This document shows, piece after piece, positions 1 through 13,588 of a DNA stretch of 64,000 nt. This DNA is from Eledone cirrhosa (lineage: Eukaryota). The notes beneath the pieces are model-generated. The model did no database searches, had not been told where the DNA came from, and saw only the letters and a list, made by a program, of their open reading frames with translations. Numbering within the stretch: position 1 is the first letter of the stretch; each line of letters opens with the position of its first letter. A program made the position numbers and the translations under genes. Where the stretch lies: NCBI GenBank assembly GCA_964016885.1, contig OZ024740.1, forward strand, positions 425,258,001 through 425,322,000, read 5' to 3'.

Positions 1-1115
1 CCGAAACTCAGCTCTTTCGGACCATACCAAAATCAACATACTGATTGCGGATTTGGTACGGGTGATGAGAAACGTGTCCCGAATGTGCAACCCCGAAGAA
101 CTAGAGAGACACATACAACACTTCATCCACCGTATGCAGTTCTCTGGTTACAATCAGAGAGATAAAATCAGAGTATATAGAGGAGCCAGAACCAAATGGG
201 AAAAAATGGTAAATAACGACACAAATGGGACCTGCCCCTTGTATAGGAGCAAATTTTGGAATAGAATAGAAAGAACTAGGAATAAAGCTAATAGAATAAA
301 CTCATGGTATGATAGCAATAAATACCAGAGTGTAATGTTCATCGATACAACCCCTAGAGGTGAATTAGCTTACAAATTTAGAAGGGCCCTAGATAAATAT
401 AAACTCAATATTAAGATAGTAGAAAGACCAGGTACCTCCATAAAAACACTTATTAGCAATACATATCCTTTTCAAAGACCTCCCTGTATAGATAAGAAAT
501 GTATAATCTGTAAATTAAGCCCCCATATTAACTGTAAAACTAGAAATGTAGTATATAGCATAAGATGTACTGAAGGACAATGTAGAGATACAAATATAGT
601 GTACATAGGTGAGACAGCTCGTAGTATAGGGGAACGGATAAATGAACACTGGCGAGACCTTCAAGATAGTAAAGAATCATCTGTACTCTACCAACATGCT
701 AAAGTGAACATAAGAGTAAATTAGAGAACATAGAAATAAAAATAGAATCCACACACAGAAAAGACGCAATATTTAGAAAAATCACAAAGGCAATAAACAT
801 AAATGAACTCCAACCAAAATTAAATAGAAAACATGAGTAGAACAGCAACATCACAACTTATAATTAAGGACAAAATGAAAACACACACGCACATAGAAAA
901 AACAACCAACCAGTAACATGTAAATAAACAAATAAATAAACGAATATAAACACACACAGACACCCGGATGTAACACATGCGCAAACTAAGCACACAACAC
1001 ACACTCAAAGACGAGATGGCGTAGGACAGAACAAAGGAGAGGCACAAAAACAAAGAAAATAATCCCCAGTCACTGAAGAGGTCACATAATGTGTGACGAA
1101 AGAACTTTGACAATA
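1..1115 (+). mobile_element. Penelope-like element (PLE) A, 3' part: RT thumb + GIY-YIG endonuclease, 3' UTR with hammerhead; continues left of window
   Basis: Frame of ORF 53..724 reads NSALS..NILIADLVRVM..RMQFSGY..CKTRNVVYSIRC..YIGETARSIGERINEH (GIY-YIG with Cys/His ligands); frameshifted after ~720; clearly homologous to ORF 2317..3339. Confidence 0.9.
1069..1111 (+). ncRNA. Minimal type I hammerhead ribozyme motif at PLE A 3' end
   Basis: GUCA-CUGAAGA-G-GUCACA(UAAUG)UGUGAC-GAAA-G(AA)C-UU-UGAC: stem I GUCA/UGAC, 6-bp stem II, minimal stem III, one extra nt after A9. Confidence 0.75.
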
Positions 1116-1333
1116 TATAAACAATCATCTGGTTGTGGAACCAACCAACCAGCCAGAAATTTATAAATTCCTAAGTTTATTAATTTATAATTTATAAATT
1201 TATTATAATAAATTGAAGTGAAACAACTGGTGCGTGTGTTTCTTATTGGCAGCATGACCCTCCCAAAGTATAACAATATCGGTTTCAACACACGTTTTCA
1301 GATAAAGAATCTTGCTAAACAAATTCAGAAACG

Positions 1334-1386
<53 letters not shown>

Positions 1387-1779
1387 AAGAGTGAAGAATA
1401 ACATGGTGGGTTTTATTTACAGTATTAACATTTGTTTCCTTGATCACAGGTGAGTCTAAAGGCCAGTAATCACTCGAAGTTGCGTCACTTGACCTTAAAT
1501 ACAGTGTGTGTCTCTGATCAAATCATCGGAATATATGTATATATGTATACTGGTATATATATATATATATATATATATTGTTATACTTGGGGAGGGTCAT
1601 ATTTGTGTAATATTGCCAGAATTAATAACAGAACACACTCACTGTTTGGTTGGTTTTCGCTTTTCGCTTCTGTGTCTTTTATATCGGTAATCTAATTTAT
1701 TCGGTCCTCAATGTTGCCATTGACTGACCAACGGTCAAAAATCATACAGATACAATATAGACACACACACATATATATA

Positions 1780-4700
1780 GTTTATCAAAGTTCTTTCGTT
1801 GCACATCTGCAACATCGTCAGTGGTGCTATAGATTCCTCCCGTTGCATTGTATTTCTACGCCAACTTTATTTAGTCTGTTTATATATTTATTTATTTGTT
1901 TGTTTGTTTATTTTATTTTGTCTTCTTTGCGCATGCGTTTGCGTGTGTGTATAGTGTTTTGTTTGATGTGTGTTCGTGATTGGGTGACTGTGTATTGGTT
2001 AATGTATTCTATGTTTACTAGTGTGTGTTTATATGTGTTTGTTGTTATTGTGCTTGTGTATGTATTTATTTATTGATTTATTTATCTATTTATTTATTTA
2101 TTTATTTATTTATACTTCTCTTAGATCAGTGTTGTTTGTTTGGGTGTTGTTGTTATTCCATTCATTCTTTCTGTTTAGTCTTGGCCTTCTAAGTTCTATT
2201 TCACTGGCCTCTCTGATTTGCCTATCTGCTGGGTCATTTCTATGTTTAGATATTATTCTAATTTCTATGTTGTCTATGTTACCGTCGTGTTGTTGTCTGG
2301 CATGTTCGTATAGTACTTATCCGTTTTTTCGTCCCTTTACTTCCCACCAGTGTTGGTCTATCCTTTCACCTATGCTACGAGCTGTCTCGCCTATGTATGT
2401 TGTTGTCATGTTTCTGCAAGTACCCTCTGTACATCTTATGCTATAGACTACGTTTCTAGTTTTACAGTTTATCCGGGGGTTTACCTTACATATGATACAT
2501 TTCCTATTAGTACAGTGGGTTTTCTTAAAAGGGTAGGTTTTGCTGATCAGGGATTCTATGGTGGTTCCTGGCTTTTCTACCACCTTAATCTTTAAGTGGG
2601 TCTTTCTCAGGGCCTTTCTACACTGGTTAGCTAATTTCCCTCCAGAGGTAGCATCCACAAATATGACACTCTGGTATCTCTGGTTGTCGTACCAGGAGGT
2701 GGCTTTCCCTATCTTATGTCTAGCCCTATCTAAGCTATTCCATGATTTGCTCCTGTATAATGGGCAAATTCCTTTCATGTCCAGTTCTATGAGGGTCTTA
2801 TACTTCTCCATGGCTCCTTTGTATACTCTGACCCTGTCTCTTTGGTTGTAGCCAGAGAACTGCATGCGGTATATGAAGTGTTGGATGTGTCTTTCCATTT
2901 CTGGTGGGTCGCACATGCGGGACACATTCTTCATCACTCGTACCAAATCTGCGATCAGAATATTAAACTTAGCACTACTGGACATTGCTGAGTTTTTGAG
3001 TATCAGGTATTTGGAGGCCATGGGTTTAGCATAGTGTGAGTGGAGAATTTGGGCTCTCTCGTCTATAGTGTTAATCCAGAGTTCCGTGTCTAATACAGGT
3101 AGTCTATTGTTAGGGTGTTTGGAAGGGTAGTCGATAGTTACAGTTATGCTCTGGTGTATGGAATTAGCTATCTGCTGGATGCTTTCCATTGTGCTACGTT
3201 CTAAATCAAACTTGTTAGTGCTCTCTACTGGGGATGTTCTTATAACTATATTGATATCGTCTACGTAACGAGAGTACATGATGAGGTCTATGGAGCTCTC
3301 ATTAAGGAGATCTTTAAGTCTCCTTTCCCACCATACCATAAAAAGGTTGGCAACATCACCAGCTATGCTGACGCCAATGGCTGCTCCCTCATTTTAGGTG
3401 TAGATCTTCTCGTTGAACTTGAATATGTGGCCCTTTAGTGTAGTTTTGATACTAGCCCCTATTGCATGTGCGACCATTTTTTTTTTCTTACCTGATCATT
3501 GTTTCGGGGGGTCCGTATAGCTTTGGTCCACCCAATCCACCTTCCCATGGGAGTCTTTTTTGCCATGGAGGTTATGGTGGGGGGTCTACCTCTTATGGGT
3601 CTACTAGGGCAGAAACGTCTAAGGTCATGGCTGTCTAGGTAGTCAGTGTCGTAGGTAAGTCTAAGTAGGAGGCCCAGTTCGTATGTGTCGACGTCGCAGA
3701 ACTCCACTTCACTCTCAATGATCATCTCCACACATTTTTCCACAGCAAAATCAATGTTAATGGATGGGTACAGTGATACCACATCCATGCTGCCTATTAT
3801 GCAGTTGGATAGGTTCCTGTTTTTGTTGCACTCACTGATTCTGCTGAGGAGGTCCTCTGTACTGTCACATACATCTGGGGACATCTTGATTATGGGGCGT
3901 ATAGCCATCGAGAGGAAGTAGGAGATCCTGTAGTTGCTAGCTATATTAGCTCCGCATACGGGTCTCGTTGGTGGTCCTGTTGTCGGGTCGTCGACTGTCT
4001 TGTGGTCTTTGCGGAGCCCATACAAGGGTGGTATGCCACTGTTAGACGCCTGGAAGTTGTTGGCAGTGCGTCTGCTTGCTTTAGGATGTCAGTCCACATC
4101 ATCATGTGAGCGTTGAGGATTTTCTCTCTCCCATCATGTGTTTGCTGTGCAATTTCGCTCGTGTTGGTGATGTGGGGTTGCATAGCCTTGATGTAGTTCG
4201 GTATGCTATCTACTGACATCCTACCCGACTTATCCGTGGGTAGACATAATACCTCACCATCCCTTGTGCGCTGCTTGAGGCTAACCAAGCTTTCTACAGG
4301 TTTCCTCCCAAGTTGTTGGGCCTCTGGTCTGCTCTGTCTCTCAGTATACCGGTCTACTATTTGTCTAATCTTATTTCTAGCTATGGTGAACTGTGCCTCT
4401 GTCTCGTCATCTATTTGTTGTGGTATGCAAACTCTTTTATTAAAGGGTAACCTCGTAGGATAGATATTACCCATCTTATATGTTTTGTCAGCTGGGTTGA
4501 AAAATAGTTTCTCTAAGGGGTTGTCATTATATCTATCGTCATAGCTGTGTGTGTTGCTATTATTGTTATTATGGTGGTTGTTGTTGTTCCTATCATTAGC
4601 ATTATTATTATTGTTATGATTGCTAGATGTATTGTTGCTGCTGTGGCTGTTGTTTACTTCACCGTTATTGTTGTTGTTACTGTTATTTCTACCATTGTGG

Positions 4701-4885
4701 TTGTTACTTTTATTATGTTTCTTGTTTTTGTTGTGTCTATCATTAATGTTGCTACATGTATTATTTCTATTATTACCACTGTGGTTGTTGTTGTTGTTGT
4801 TCGTATTGTTACCGTTATTACTACTGTGGTCGCTGCTGCTGTGTCTGTGGTTAATGTTTCTATTATTATTATTATTGTTATTATT
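1780..4885 (-). mobile_element. Penelope-like element B, 3' segment (Asn-rich linker, RT, GIY-YIG), degenerate
   Basis: ORFs 3941..4993, 3459..4025 and 2317..3339: PTDKSGR, YGLRKDHK..RPVCGA, SMDVVSLYPSI, YSRYVDDI, YIGETARS. Frameshifts and one TAA (~3395); the frame-shifted C-terminus VLYEHARQQH..RQIREA..LNRKNEW ends ~2111. Confidence 0.92.
1784..1825 (-). ncRNA. Minimal type I hammerhead ribozyme motif at PLE B 3' end
   Basis: Reverse strand ACCA-CUGACGA-U-GUUGCA(GAUG)UGCAAC-GAAA-GAACUUUGAU; same layout as 1069..1111, stem I with one mismatch. Confidence 0.7.
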
Positions 4886-5096
4886 GACGAAAGTGGATGT
4901 ACGTTTTTTGAAGCTCCGTGAGTAAGCAATTTTTTGAGGATTAATTGTAGAGAATTGTTTATTTTTTTGTACCGCTGAAGCATTATAAGACATTCATTTG
5001 TATCCTGTGAAGGAATAACTCATAATATTTGGGCCTTTTGGCCCAAATATTTGAACTTTATTTTGGAAAAATAATAATTTTTTTTCTCAAAAAAAC

Positions 5097-7006
5097 ATGG
5101 CGGAGCCACGCCCCCTAGAGGCGGGTCTGCTGTCGTGCAACGGCGACTTGAGCGTTGAGAGGAGAGGTGAGGCGAGGAGCGCCACCAGCACGAGTGTGAG
5201 CAGCGACAGTGCCAGCACCAACGGGCCGAGCGGCGCGGAAGGTGGTAACAGCGACAACACCAACACCAACAAGCCGAACAGCGCAGAAGGTGGTAATAGC
5301 GAGAGCACCAACAAAACGAACAGCACAGAGAGTAATAGTAGCGACAGCAACAGCACCAACAAGGCCAACAGCACAGAGGGTAACCACGACACAGGGGAGA
5401 ACAACAACAGCAATAGCAACAGCAACACCAACAAGAACAACAACAGTGACAACACCAACAAGAACACCTTCGCTGCTGTGGCAGCGGCTAAAAGGAGACC
5501 ATGCTACAGCATCGACTTAACCAACAGAGAGGAAAAGTTGGCCCAGGCCTGGAAAATCATAAATCAAGAGCAGACCTGGGCAAACTTAACTGTCCCGGCA
5601 GAAGCCATTGAGGCAGTGGAAAAAAGAACGGTGCATTTCAGATGCATCTCAGTAGAGACAAAGAGGGCAGCGATAATCGCCCAAGCTGATATAGAAGCCG
5701 CACTGAAATACATCAGAGAGGACACAGACTTCATAGAGAGGGGCAGGCAATACGGCACCGTTTCGGTGCTGTTCAAGACTGAAGCCCTCGCTGTGAAGCA
5801 TTCAATGACCCCTTGCAAAACCAGCAAGGTCATAATGTACCCCTCCCACATGGGAAAACGAATAGCACGTGTGCGCATTCCCAGGATTCCACCAGGACTT
5901 GATATGTGGTGGCTCCTGGGTTGCGTAATCGTGGAAGGAACGGATACAGTCCCGGTAGAGGCAACGAGAACTGCCAGGGACGACTGGTCCGGGGTTGATC
6001 TGGAGATACTGCTCCAAATCAGACCCGAAAACGTAAAAGCAATCCCGGACCACATCCGCCTCCAAAACGGGAGGGTGTTGCATATAATGACTGAGGGCAA
6101 AAGGCCGCATTGTTTCCTTTGTGGGGAAACGACACACTTGCGAGCCTTCTGCCCTCAACTGCCGAAAAGCGCAAGGGGTCGAAAGATTCCACTGCTGGCG
6201 ACGCCGGGACAAGGACCACCAGCAACACCGTCAACAATGGAACCACCAAAATTGCACACCCAGGGGGGAAACGAGGAAAGCTCTCCCATTCCCCCTCCCC
6301 CCCAAAATACACACACGAACAAGAACATAAACACTCACTCAGACACAAACACGCTCACAGCCACAGACCCCTCATCCTCCAGCAGTGAAGATGAGGGAAA
6401 ACCAAAGTCCCCCAAAATACAAAAAACAAAACACAAAAAAAAAAGAAATCCACAAAGCACAAACACCCCCACAAAAAAAAATACACACACCACCCACACA
6501 AACATTTTCCCCACAGCATCACCAACACAACCACCAAAATCCCCCAAACGCAAACAAGCTAAACAGACACAAGAACAAATAGACTCACAAACATCAGAAA
6601 CTACAGACACCCACCCACAACAAACGCAGACACAATAGAAACAACACTAACAAAGCTATCACCACCACAATCACACGAACAAATAAAACCCGAGCAACAA
6701 AACATTAAAAACTTCGTGCTTGCCAGAAGGGCCAACAAGGAATTGATGGCCCATGTAGCACGAAGCACAAACATCGAAAAAGAGGGGGAAACATTTGAAG
6801 CGAGCACATTTCGCGTGCCAGATAATTTGCTTCTGATGCGAATGTCGCTCGCTTCATACAAAGAAATTCGAAAGAGCTTTCCTCGGGATGTGGGAACCCC
6901 GAACGTAAAACCCATGTCAAGACTATTAAAGGGGTTCCCAAAAGAAACCCCACAAACCATGGAGGTCGAACCACCCGACCTTCACAAGACCCCGGAAGGT
7001 AAGTAA
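5097..7006 (+). pseudogene. Tx1 #1 ORF1 (gag-like zinc-knuckle protein), broken near 6638
   Basis: ORF 5097..6638 with CFLCGETTHLRAFC and a Ser/Asn-rich N-terminus; probable frameshifted continuation 6716..7006. Confidence 0.8.
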
Positions 7007-7035
7007 ACCTTTCCTCTCCCATTCATCCTGCCAGC

Positions 7036-10000
7036 ATGGCCATAAGAGTAGGAAGTTTAAATGTTCGTGGCCTGGGGTCGCCCTGGAAGCAAGGTCACTT
7101 GCTCAACGACCTCAGGTCACTAGGAATGGATGTAATTGCCATCAGCGAGACCAGAATTTCCGACACACGCGCTCTGGCGCCGATTTTCGACGATTATCAG
7201 ATCTTTGCATCTGTTAGTCGGCCGGGAATGGGAGGTGGAGTGGCTGTGCTGTTTAGGAAATGTCTGGATCTCGAGGTAAGGTCAATCTTCCGGGATCCTG
7301 ACGGAAAGTTGGTGGTCCTGGACGTGAGCAATATCGAAGGTGGTGCCTTTAGACTGGTGGCCGTCTACGCCCCTACTGGGGCCGGTCGGCCGGACTTCTT
7401 TAGGCGCCTGGAAAACTTTCTGCTTACGTCTCGCCCTTTACTGTTAATAGGGGATTGGAATGGCATCTTAGAAGCACGCTGGGATTGTGTGGGAGTATCT
7501 GATAGGAGCGGGGGGTGCAAAAGCCTCAAGTACCTGATCAGCCAGTTTCAACTGTCTGACAGGTACCGACTAGATTTCCCTAATGCGCCAGTATGGACCT
7601 GGACCAATCGCATAGGGTCATCTAGATCGTACATAGATAGGATTTTCATTAGGAAAAGAGATAGAAATAGTGTAGGATGTCCACATTTTAAAACGGTTGC
7701 CTATTCAGATCACAAGCTTGTGATCTGTATAGTCGACCTAGATAAGACACGTAGGTTAGGACCTAGCTACTGGAAGCTAAACATGTCGTTTCCGGCACGT
7801 AAAGCTTACAGGGACCGGGTCAACAACTTAGTTAAGCAAAAGTTGACAGGGGGGGGGGGGGGTTGTCAACAACAGGTGGTGGGGGGCACTCAAAAGAGAG
7901 ATTAGAGCAACCTCGATAGGATTTAGCAAAGAAGTAGCAATAGAGAAAAATAGAAAGGAGGAGGGGCTGATAGCTAAGTTAGACGAGGCTATTTGTAGTG
8001 GCATTGCAACAGACGTGCTAGCGGCGAGAATGGCACTAGACCATTTCTTCAATGCGAAACACGAAGGTTGCATTGTCAGAGCTAAGGCGCGTGCTCTGAG
8101 GAACGAGGGAACCAAAGCTGCCCGATGGGCTCGCTTTGCAGAGACGCAGCGTGGAAATAAAACCACAATTCGGTCTTTGACGGATCGAGATGGACACGAA
8201 CTGAGCGATTCCAAGCAGATGTGTGAGGCCTTTCGCCAGCACTTTGCTCGATTGTTCGGGAGGATGGGTGAGTCGGAGACGGCGGCGGACTTCAGTCCCT
8301 ACCTCGACGGCTTGCCACGCCTCTCGACGGCCGACGCTGAGCGCTGCGAAGAGCCGATAACATCAGTCGAAATTCAGGACGCCCTTGTCGGCTGCTCGAG
8401 TCGCAAGTCACCCGGTTTGGATGGTCTGCCCTACGAGCTTTACGTAAATATGCCAGACTTGTTCTCCGATCTCCTCGAAGCGCTCTACTGCAACTGGCAG
8501 CAGAACGGGAGCATTCCCAGTTCTGTGAGCCGTGGCGTAGTGACGCTGATAAGGAAAGACGAGAACAAGAGGGACACACTAGATAATTTCAGGCCCATAA
8601 CCCTGCTCAACACAGAGTTTAAGATTTTGGCCAAGGTGTTAGCGAAAAGGTTGGCGCTTGTCGTCAAAGATTTGGTTGGGGAGGCGCAAACTTGCGCAAT
8701 CCCGACCAGGTCCATACACGACAACCTCCACCTCATGCGATACATCATAGAGAGGGTTGGGTGCAAACCTGGCTTCGGTGGGGCTCTGATCAATTTAGAT
8801 CAATCGAAAGCATTCGATAGGGTCGACCATCGGTACTTGGAGGCTGTCCTCGAGGCGGCTGGCTTCGGCCCCGTCTTCAGAAGCTGGATCGCTGCAATAT
8901 ACAGCGGCATCTGCTCGGTGGTCAAAGTTAATGGCCACCTCTCGGAACCGTTTCAGATCTCTCGATCGGTCCGTCAAGGGTGCCCTCTCTCCTCACTTCT
9001 GTACGTATTGACTCTTGAGCCTCTACTGCGGAAGCTGGAGTTGTTGCAGGGCATCCCGCTCGAACCGGGACGTAGAAAGGCTGCGTCCGCTTATGCGGAC
9101 GACATCACCGTGATGGTGTCGGACACCTCGGAAATCGAGGTGATCCGCACCCATTTGGAGGAATATGAAAGGTTGACGGGAGCAAAACTTAACCCGGAAA
9201 AGTCGGTGGGCTTGCAGCTCGGCACCTGGAGAGGCAAGTCCATGCCGTCCAACAGCGTCGTTGGGCGCTGGACAGACGGACCGGTAAAGTTGCTCGGGGT
9301 TTGGTTTGGACCAGACCTCCAGGTGGATAAGAATTGGGACGAGGTGACGAGCAGGATAGCCAACCTCACCCAGAAATGGGCTGAGAGAAAGCTATCACTG
9401 AAAGGGCGGGCGGAGGTGGCGAACGCGTACATCGCGTCCGTCATCTACTACCGCCTGACCGTCGTGCCTTGCCCCCGTCCACGCCTCGCCAATTTGGAAC
9501 GGCTCCTTTTCAAATTTTTGTGGAGGGGACGGGTCCCGTTGGTGAGGCGGTCCATCTGCTGCCAGCACCCTCTTCGTGGAGGGCTGGGCATGCCGTGGCT
9601 AATGATGCGCAGACAGTGCTGAGGCTGCGACATCTCCAGATATTTTGCCTAAACGGTGAACAGGTGTGGTCGCCGTTTGTTAGACGGGCCTTTCCGCAGC
9701 TCATCTCTTTGACTGAGCTGCAGTCCTGGGTCAAGAAGAGACCGAGACTGGGCGACTGGCATCTGGAATGTTGCCAGGCGCTCACTGCACTCTGCAAGGT
9801 GGGCAATGCGGTCAGTGGAACTTTCACTCAAGATTTCTATAGAGGATTAGTGGAGGTCAAGCACAATGACGTACTAGGAGAGGCTCTAGGCGTCAACGAA
9901 GTAGAACTGACCAGTATGTTCCGGAGGACTTTCGAGCCGGGGACGATGGATAACTTCCAGAAATCCCTCGCTTGGCAGTGCTACCGGGGGGCGCTGCCGG

Positions 10001-10461
10001 TTCGGGATAAACTCTACAGGCACGGAAGTGCTGTCAGACGAACCTGCCCGAGATGCGCGCAGAGCGACGAAACCGTTCTGCACGCACTCGTCCAGTGTCC
10101 GTGCATTGCTGACTTGTGGCGTTATGTCGAACAGCTATTGTCGCGTGTAGAACGGATCCGGCTATCGTCCGAGTCCATAGTGAAGATTGACTCGCCGCCT
10201 TCTTTTGGTCAGGAAGGGCAGGCAATTTTCCTCTGTCTGGTGGCAGTAGCGAAAGAGGTTGCATGGTGGACAAGGTTGAAAGGACTGAAGACGGACACTT
10301 TTCTCTTCGGCCAATCACTCATCAACTTCTTCAAGTTTCACTTGGAAAGGAAGGTGAGGGTGGAGAGAGAAGTGCTGCCCCCCAGTACATTTACTGAAAG
10401 GTGGGTGAATGTGGCGAGAATGGCCCGCGTGAGTGGGCCTACTCTGATCATGCGCCTGTAG
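7036..10461 (+). pseudogene. Tx1 #1 ORF2 (APE endonuclease + RT + C-terminal CCHC), two frameshifts
   Basis: SLNVRGL, ISETR, GDWN, YIDRIF, SDHKLV; KSPGLDGLP, FRPITLLN, LDQSKAFDRVDH, SVRQGCPLS, YADDI; CPRC..ETVLHALVQC. Breaks at the poly-G 7848-7862 and ~9610. Confidence 0.92.
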
Positions 10462-10713
10462 GCTGGTGAATTCGAGAAGGAGAGGGGTGCCCTTCCCGGG
10501 TGCCCTAGGAGCGTCGGGTGGCTCAGGACTGGTGGGGTGCTTGAGTCAACCCTGGGTGGTGATCCCTCTTATTGGGGAACTTTCATTGTTGTATTTTTAT
10601 TGTTATTTTGTTTTTTGTTATTTATACTTACTCGATCTCTATGTAAACCCCCACTGTCCCTGTCTATTGTGTTGTCCCCTATATGTCGGCCCTTGTGGCC
10701 AATAAATGAAATC

Positions 10714-11616
<903 letters not shown>

Positions 11617-11652
11617 GCAAAGATAAAATACAAGTTTACAACTATAAAATAT

Positions 11653-11752
11653 AATTGTTTCTACTTTTGGCACATGGCCAGCAATTACTCAGTGCATTAC
11701 TGGTACTTTATTTTATCGACCCCGTAAGGATGAAAGGTAAAGTTAACCTCGG
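11653..11752 (-). mobile_element. tRNA-derived SINE family A, 5'-truncated
   Basis: Shares CTTTCATCCTTACGGGGTCGATAAAATAAAGTACCAG core and GTGCCAAAAGTAGAAACAATT tail with other copies in the window. Confidence 0.85.
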
Positions 11753-11989
11753 ATTTCTAACAAAGGCACAATGCGATAGATTTTACAAAAGGGTTCTATA
11801 ATCGATTATATTGATTGATACCATTTATTTTTACCAGGTAAAGCTAAGGACGGATGGCAGGTAAAGCTAACTGAGGTGGGATTTGAACCCAGGACGAGAG
11901 GATATAAAACTAAATACAGGAAGAGTGGCACCTTATTCCTGCCATTTAATGTTAATAATATAAATACCGGTGACACCAATGATGTCCGT

Positions 11990-12268
11990 GTCTGTGAGTG
12001 TAAGTGTGAGAGACGGGGAGAGAGAAAGAGAGAGAGTGAGGGGGATAGAGAGAGAGAAGGTGTGTGTGAGAGACAGGGAGAGAGAAAGAGAGATCGTGTG
12101 GGAGGGGGGAGGGAGACAGGGAGAGAGAAAGAGAGAGAGTGAGAGGGGGATAGCGAAAGAGAGAGAGAGAGTGTGTTTGTGTGTGAGAGAAAGAGAGAGA
12201 GAAAGAGAGAGAGTGAGAGGGGGATAGAGAAAGAGAGAGAGTGTGTGGGAGAGAAAGAGAGAGAGAGG
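11990..12268. repeat. (GA)/(GT)-rich compound microsatellite
   Basis: Directly visible. Confidence 0.85.
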
Positions 12269-12750
12269 CGGTAATTATGAACAGTTAAAATATAAGGTAA
12301 CCTAGTAATGTATTAATCGCTACACCATCCTACTCTCTTCCTTACCTCCACCACACGCACACTAGAAAGTTACACACACACATACACACACACACTACAA
12401 AGTTACATACACATAGGCAGAAATAAGCAAACTAACACACTAACATATATACAATATTATAACAGAACGACCACTATCACAACCATCCACCACCCAGTAT
12501 CTGCTTCAACATACCACACAGCGTCTCGGGCGAAAATGTCAGTGCCGCTGTTTGTTTATGCTGTCAGTGATATGTTTGTTAATCGTTTTGAATGTATGTT
12601 CAATCTGTGAACAGGTCATGGATAGGTCTCGGCTGCGTCTCACTATATTCCTGGAAACTTCAGGAAGTAAAGTCAAATGGAAGAGGGTGAATAGAATAAC
12701 GCACGTACTTAATATCGCAACATATTTATTTCCACATTCACCCGTTTATA

Positions 12751-12904
<154 letters not shown>

Positions 12905-13044
12905 AAATGGAAAACGCAACTTAGCTACCATAAGACATATATATATATATTTATTAAAATAACAGATTAAAGTTTAAGCAAAGAATCGCTGCTTTCACCC
13001 TTAACGGGATCTTCAAATTTATTATTATTACTATATATATATAC

Positions 13045-13075
<31 letters not shown>

Positions 13076-13101
13076 AATGTGGAGAGGAAGCACACGAGTT
13101 A

Positions 13102-13182
<81 letters not shown>

Positions 13183-13187
<5 letters not shown>

Positions 13188-13588
13188 ACAGGGAGAAAAA
13201 GACGATTATTAGGAAGAAAAAAAAATATTTGTTTCCCTTTTTATTTATTTCTCTCTTTTTTCTGGTTTAGAACTATGCCTGTAAATAACATTATTCTTTC
13301 TGCACCATTTCTTTAACATGTCCAACACCACTATTCTACACCAATACATATTATTATCATTTGATAATGCATAAAAATGCTGAAACCGGTAATAGACAAT
13401 TATTAAATATATAAATAAATAAATGCCATTGTTAATTAATAAATAAATCAACAAATACCTTAACACTTCTCACAAAGTAAAATATTTCGTTTTAATCATT
13501 TACTAACCCAGAAAAAAAGAGAGAAATAAATAAAAAGGGAAAACAAATATTTTTCTTCCTAATAATCGTCTTTTTCTCCCTGTTTTCA
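13183..13588. mobile_element. MITE with ~88-bp terminal inverted repeats, inserted in (TA)n
   Basis: TGAAAACAGGGAGAAAAAGACGATTATTAGGAAG..TTCTGGTTTAG (13183-13270) is the reverse complement of 13503-13588; TA runs on both sides. Confidence 0.85.

Larger units (their letters stand above)
4886..10713 (+). mobile_element. Tx1-clade (L1 group) LINE #1, essentially full length
   Basis: 5' UTR, ORF1 with CCHC knuckle, ORF2 APE endonuclease-RT-CCHC, 3' UTR ending CCCTTGTGGCCAATAAATGAAATC; ATT-rich sequence on both sides. Confidence 0.92.

Noticed and set aside
3390-3400. In-frame stop in the PLE B RT as possible selenocysteine recoding (Naiad-like)
   Set aside because: The stop is TAA at a probable Gln position, not TGA at a Cys.
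12980-13020. Reverse-strand TTGAAGATCCCGTTAAGGGTGAAAGC hammerhead-like remnant
   Set aside because: The core is mutated, the stems are weak and no PLE ORF is attached.
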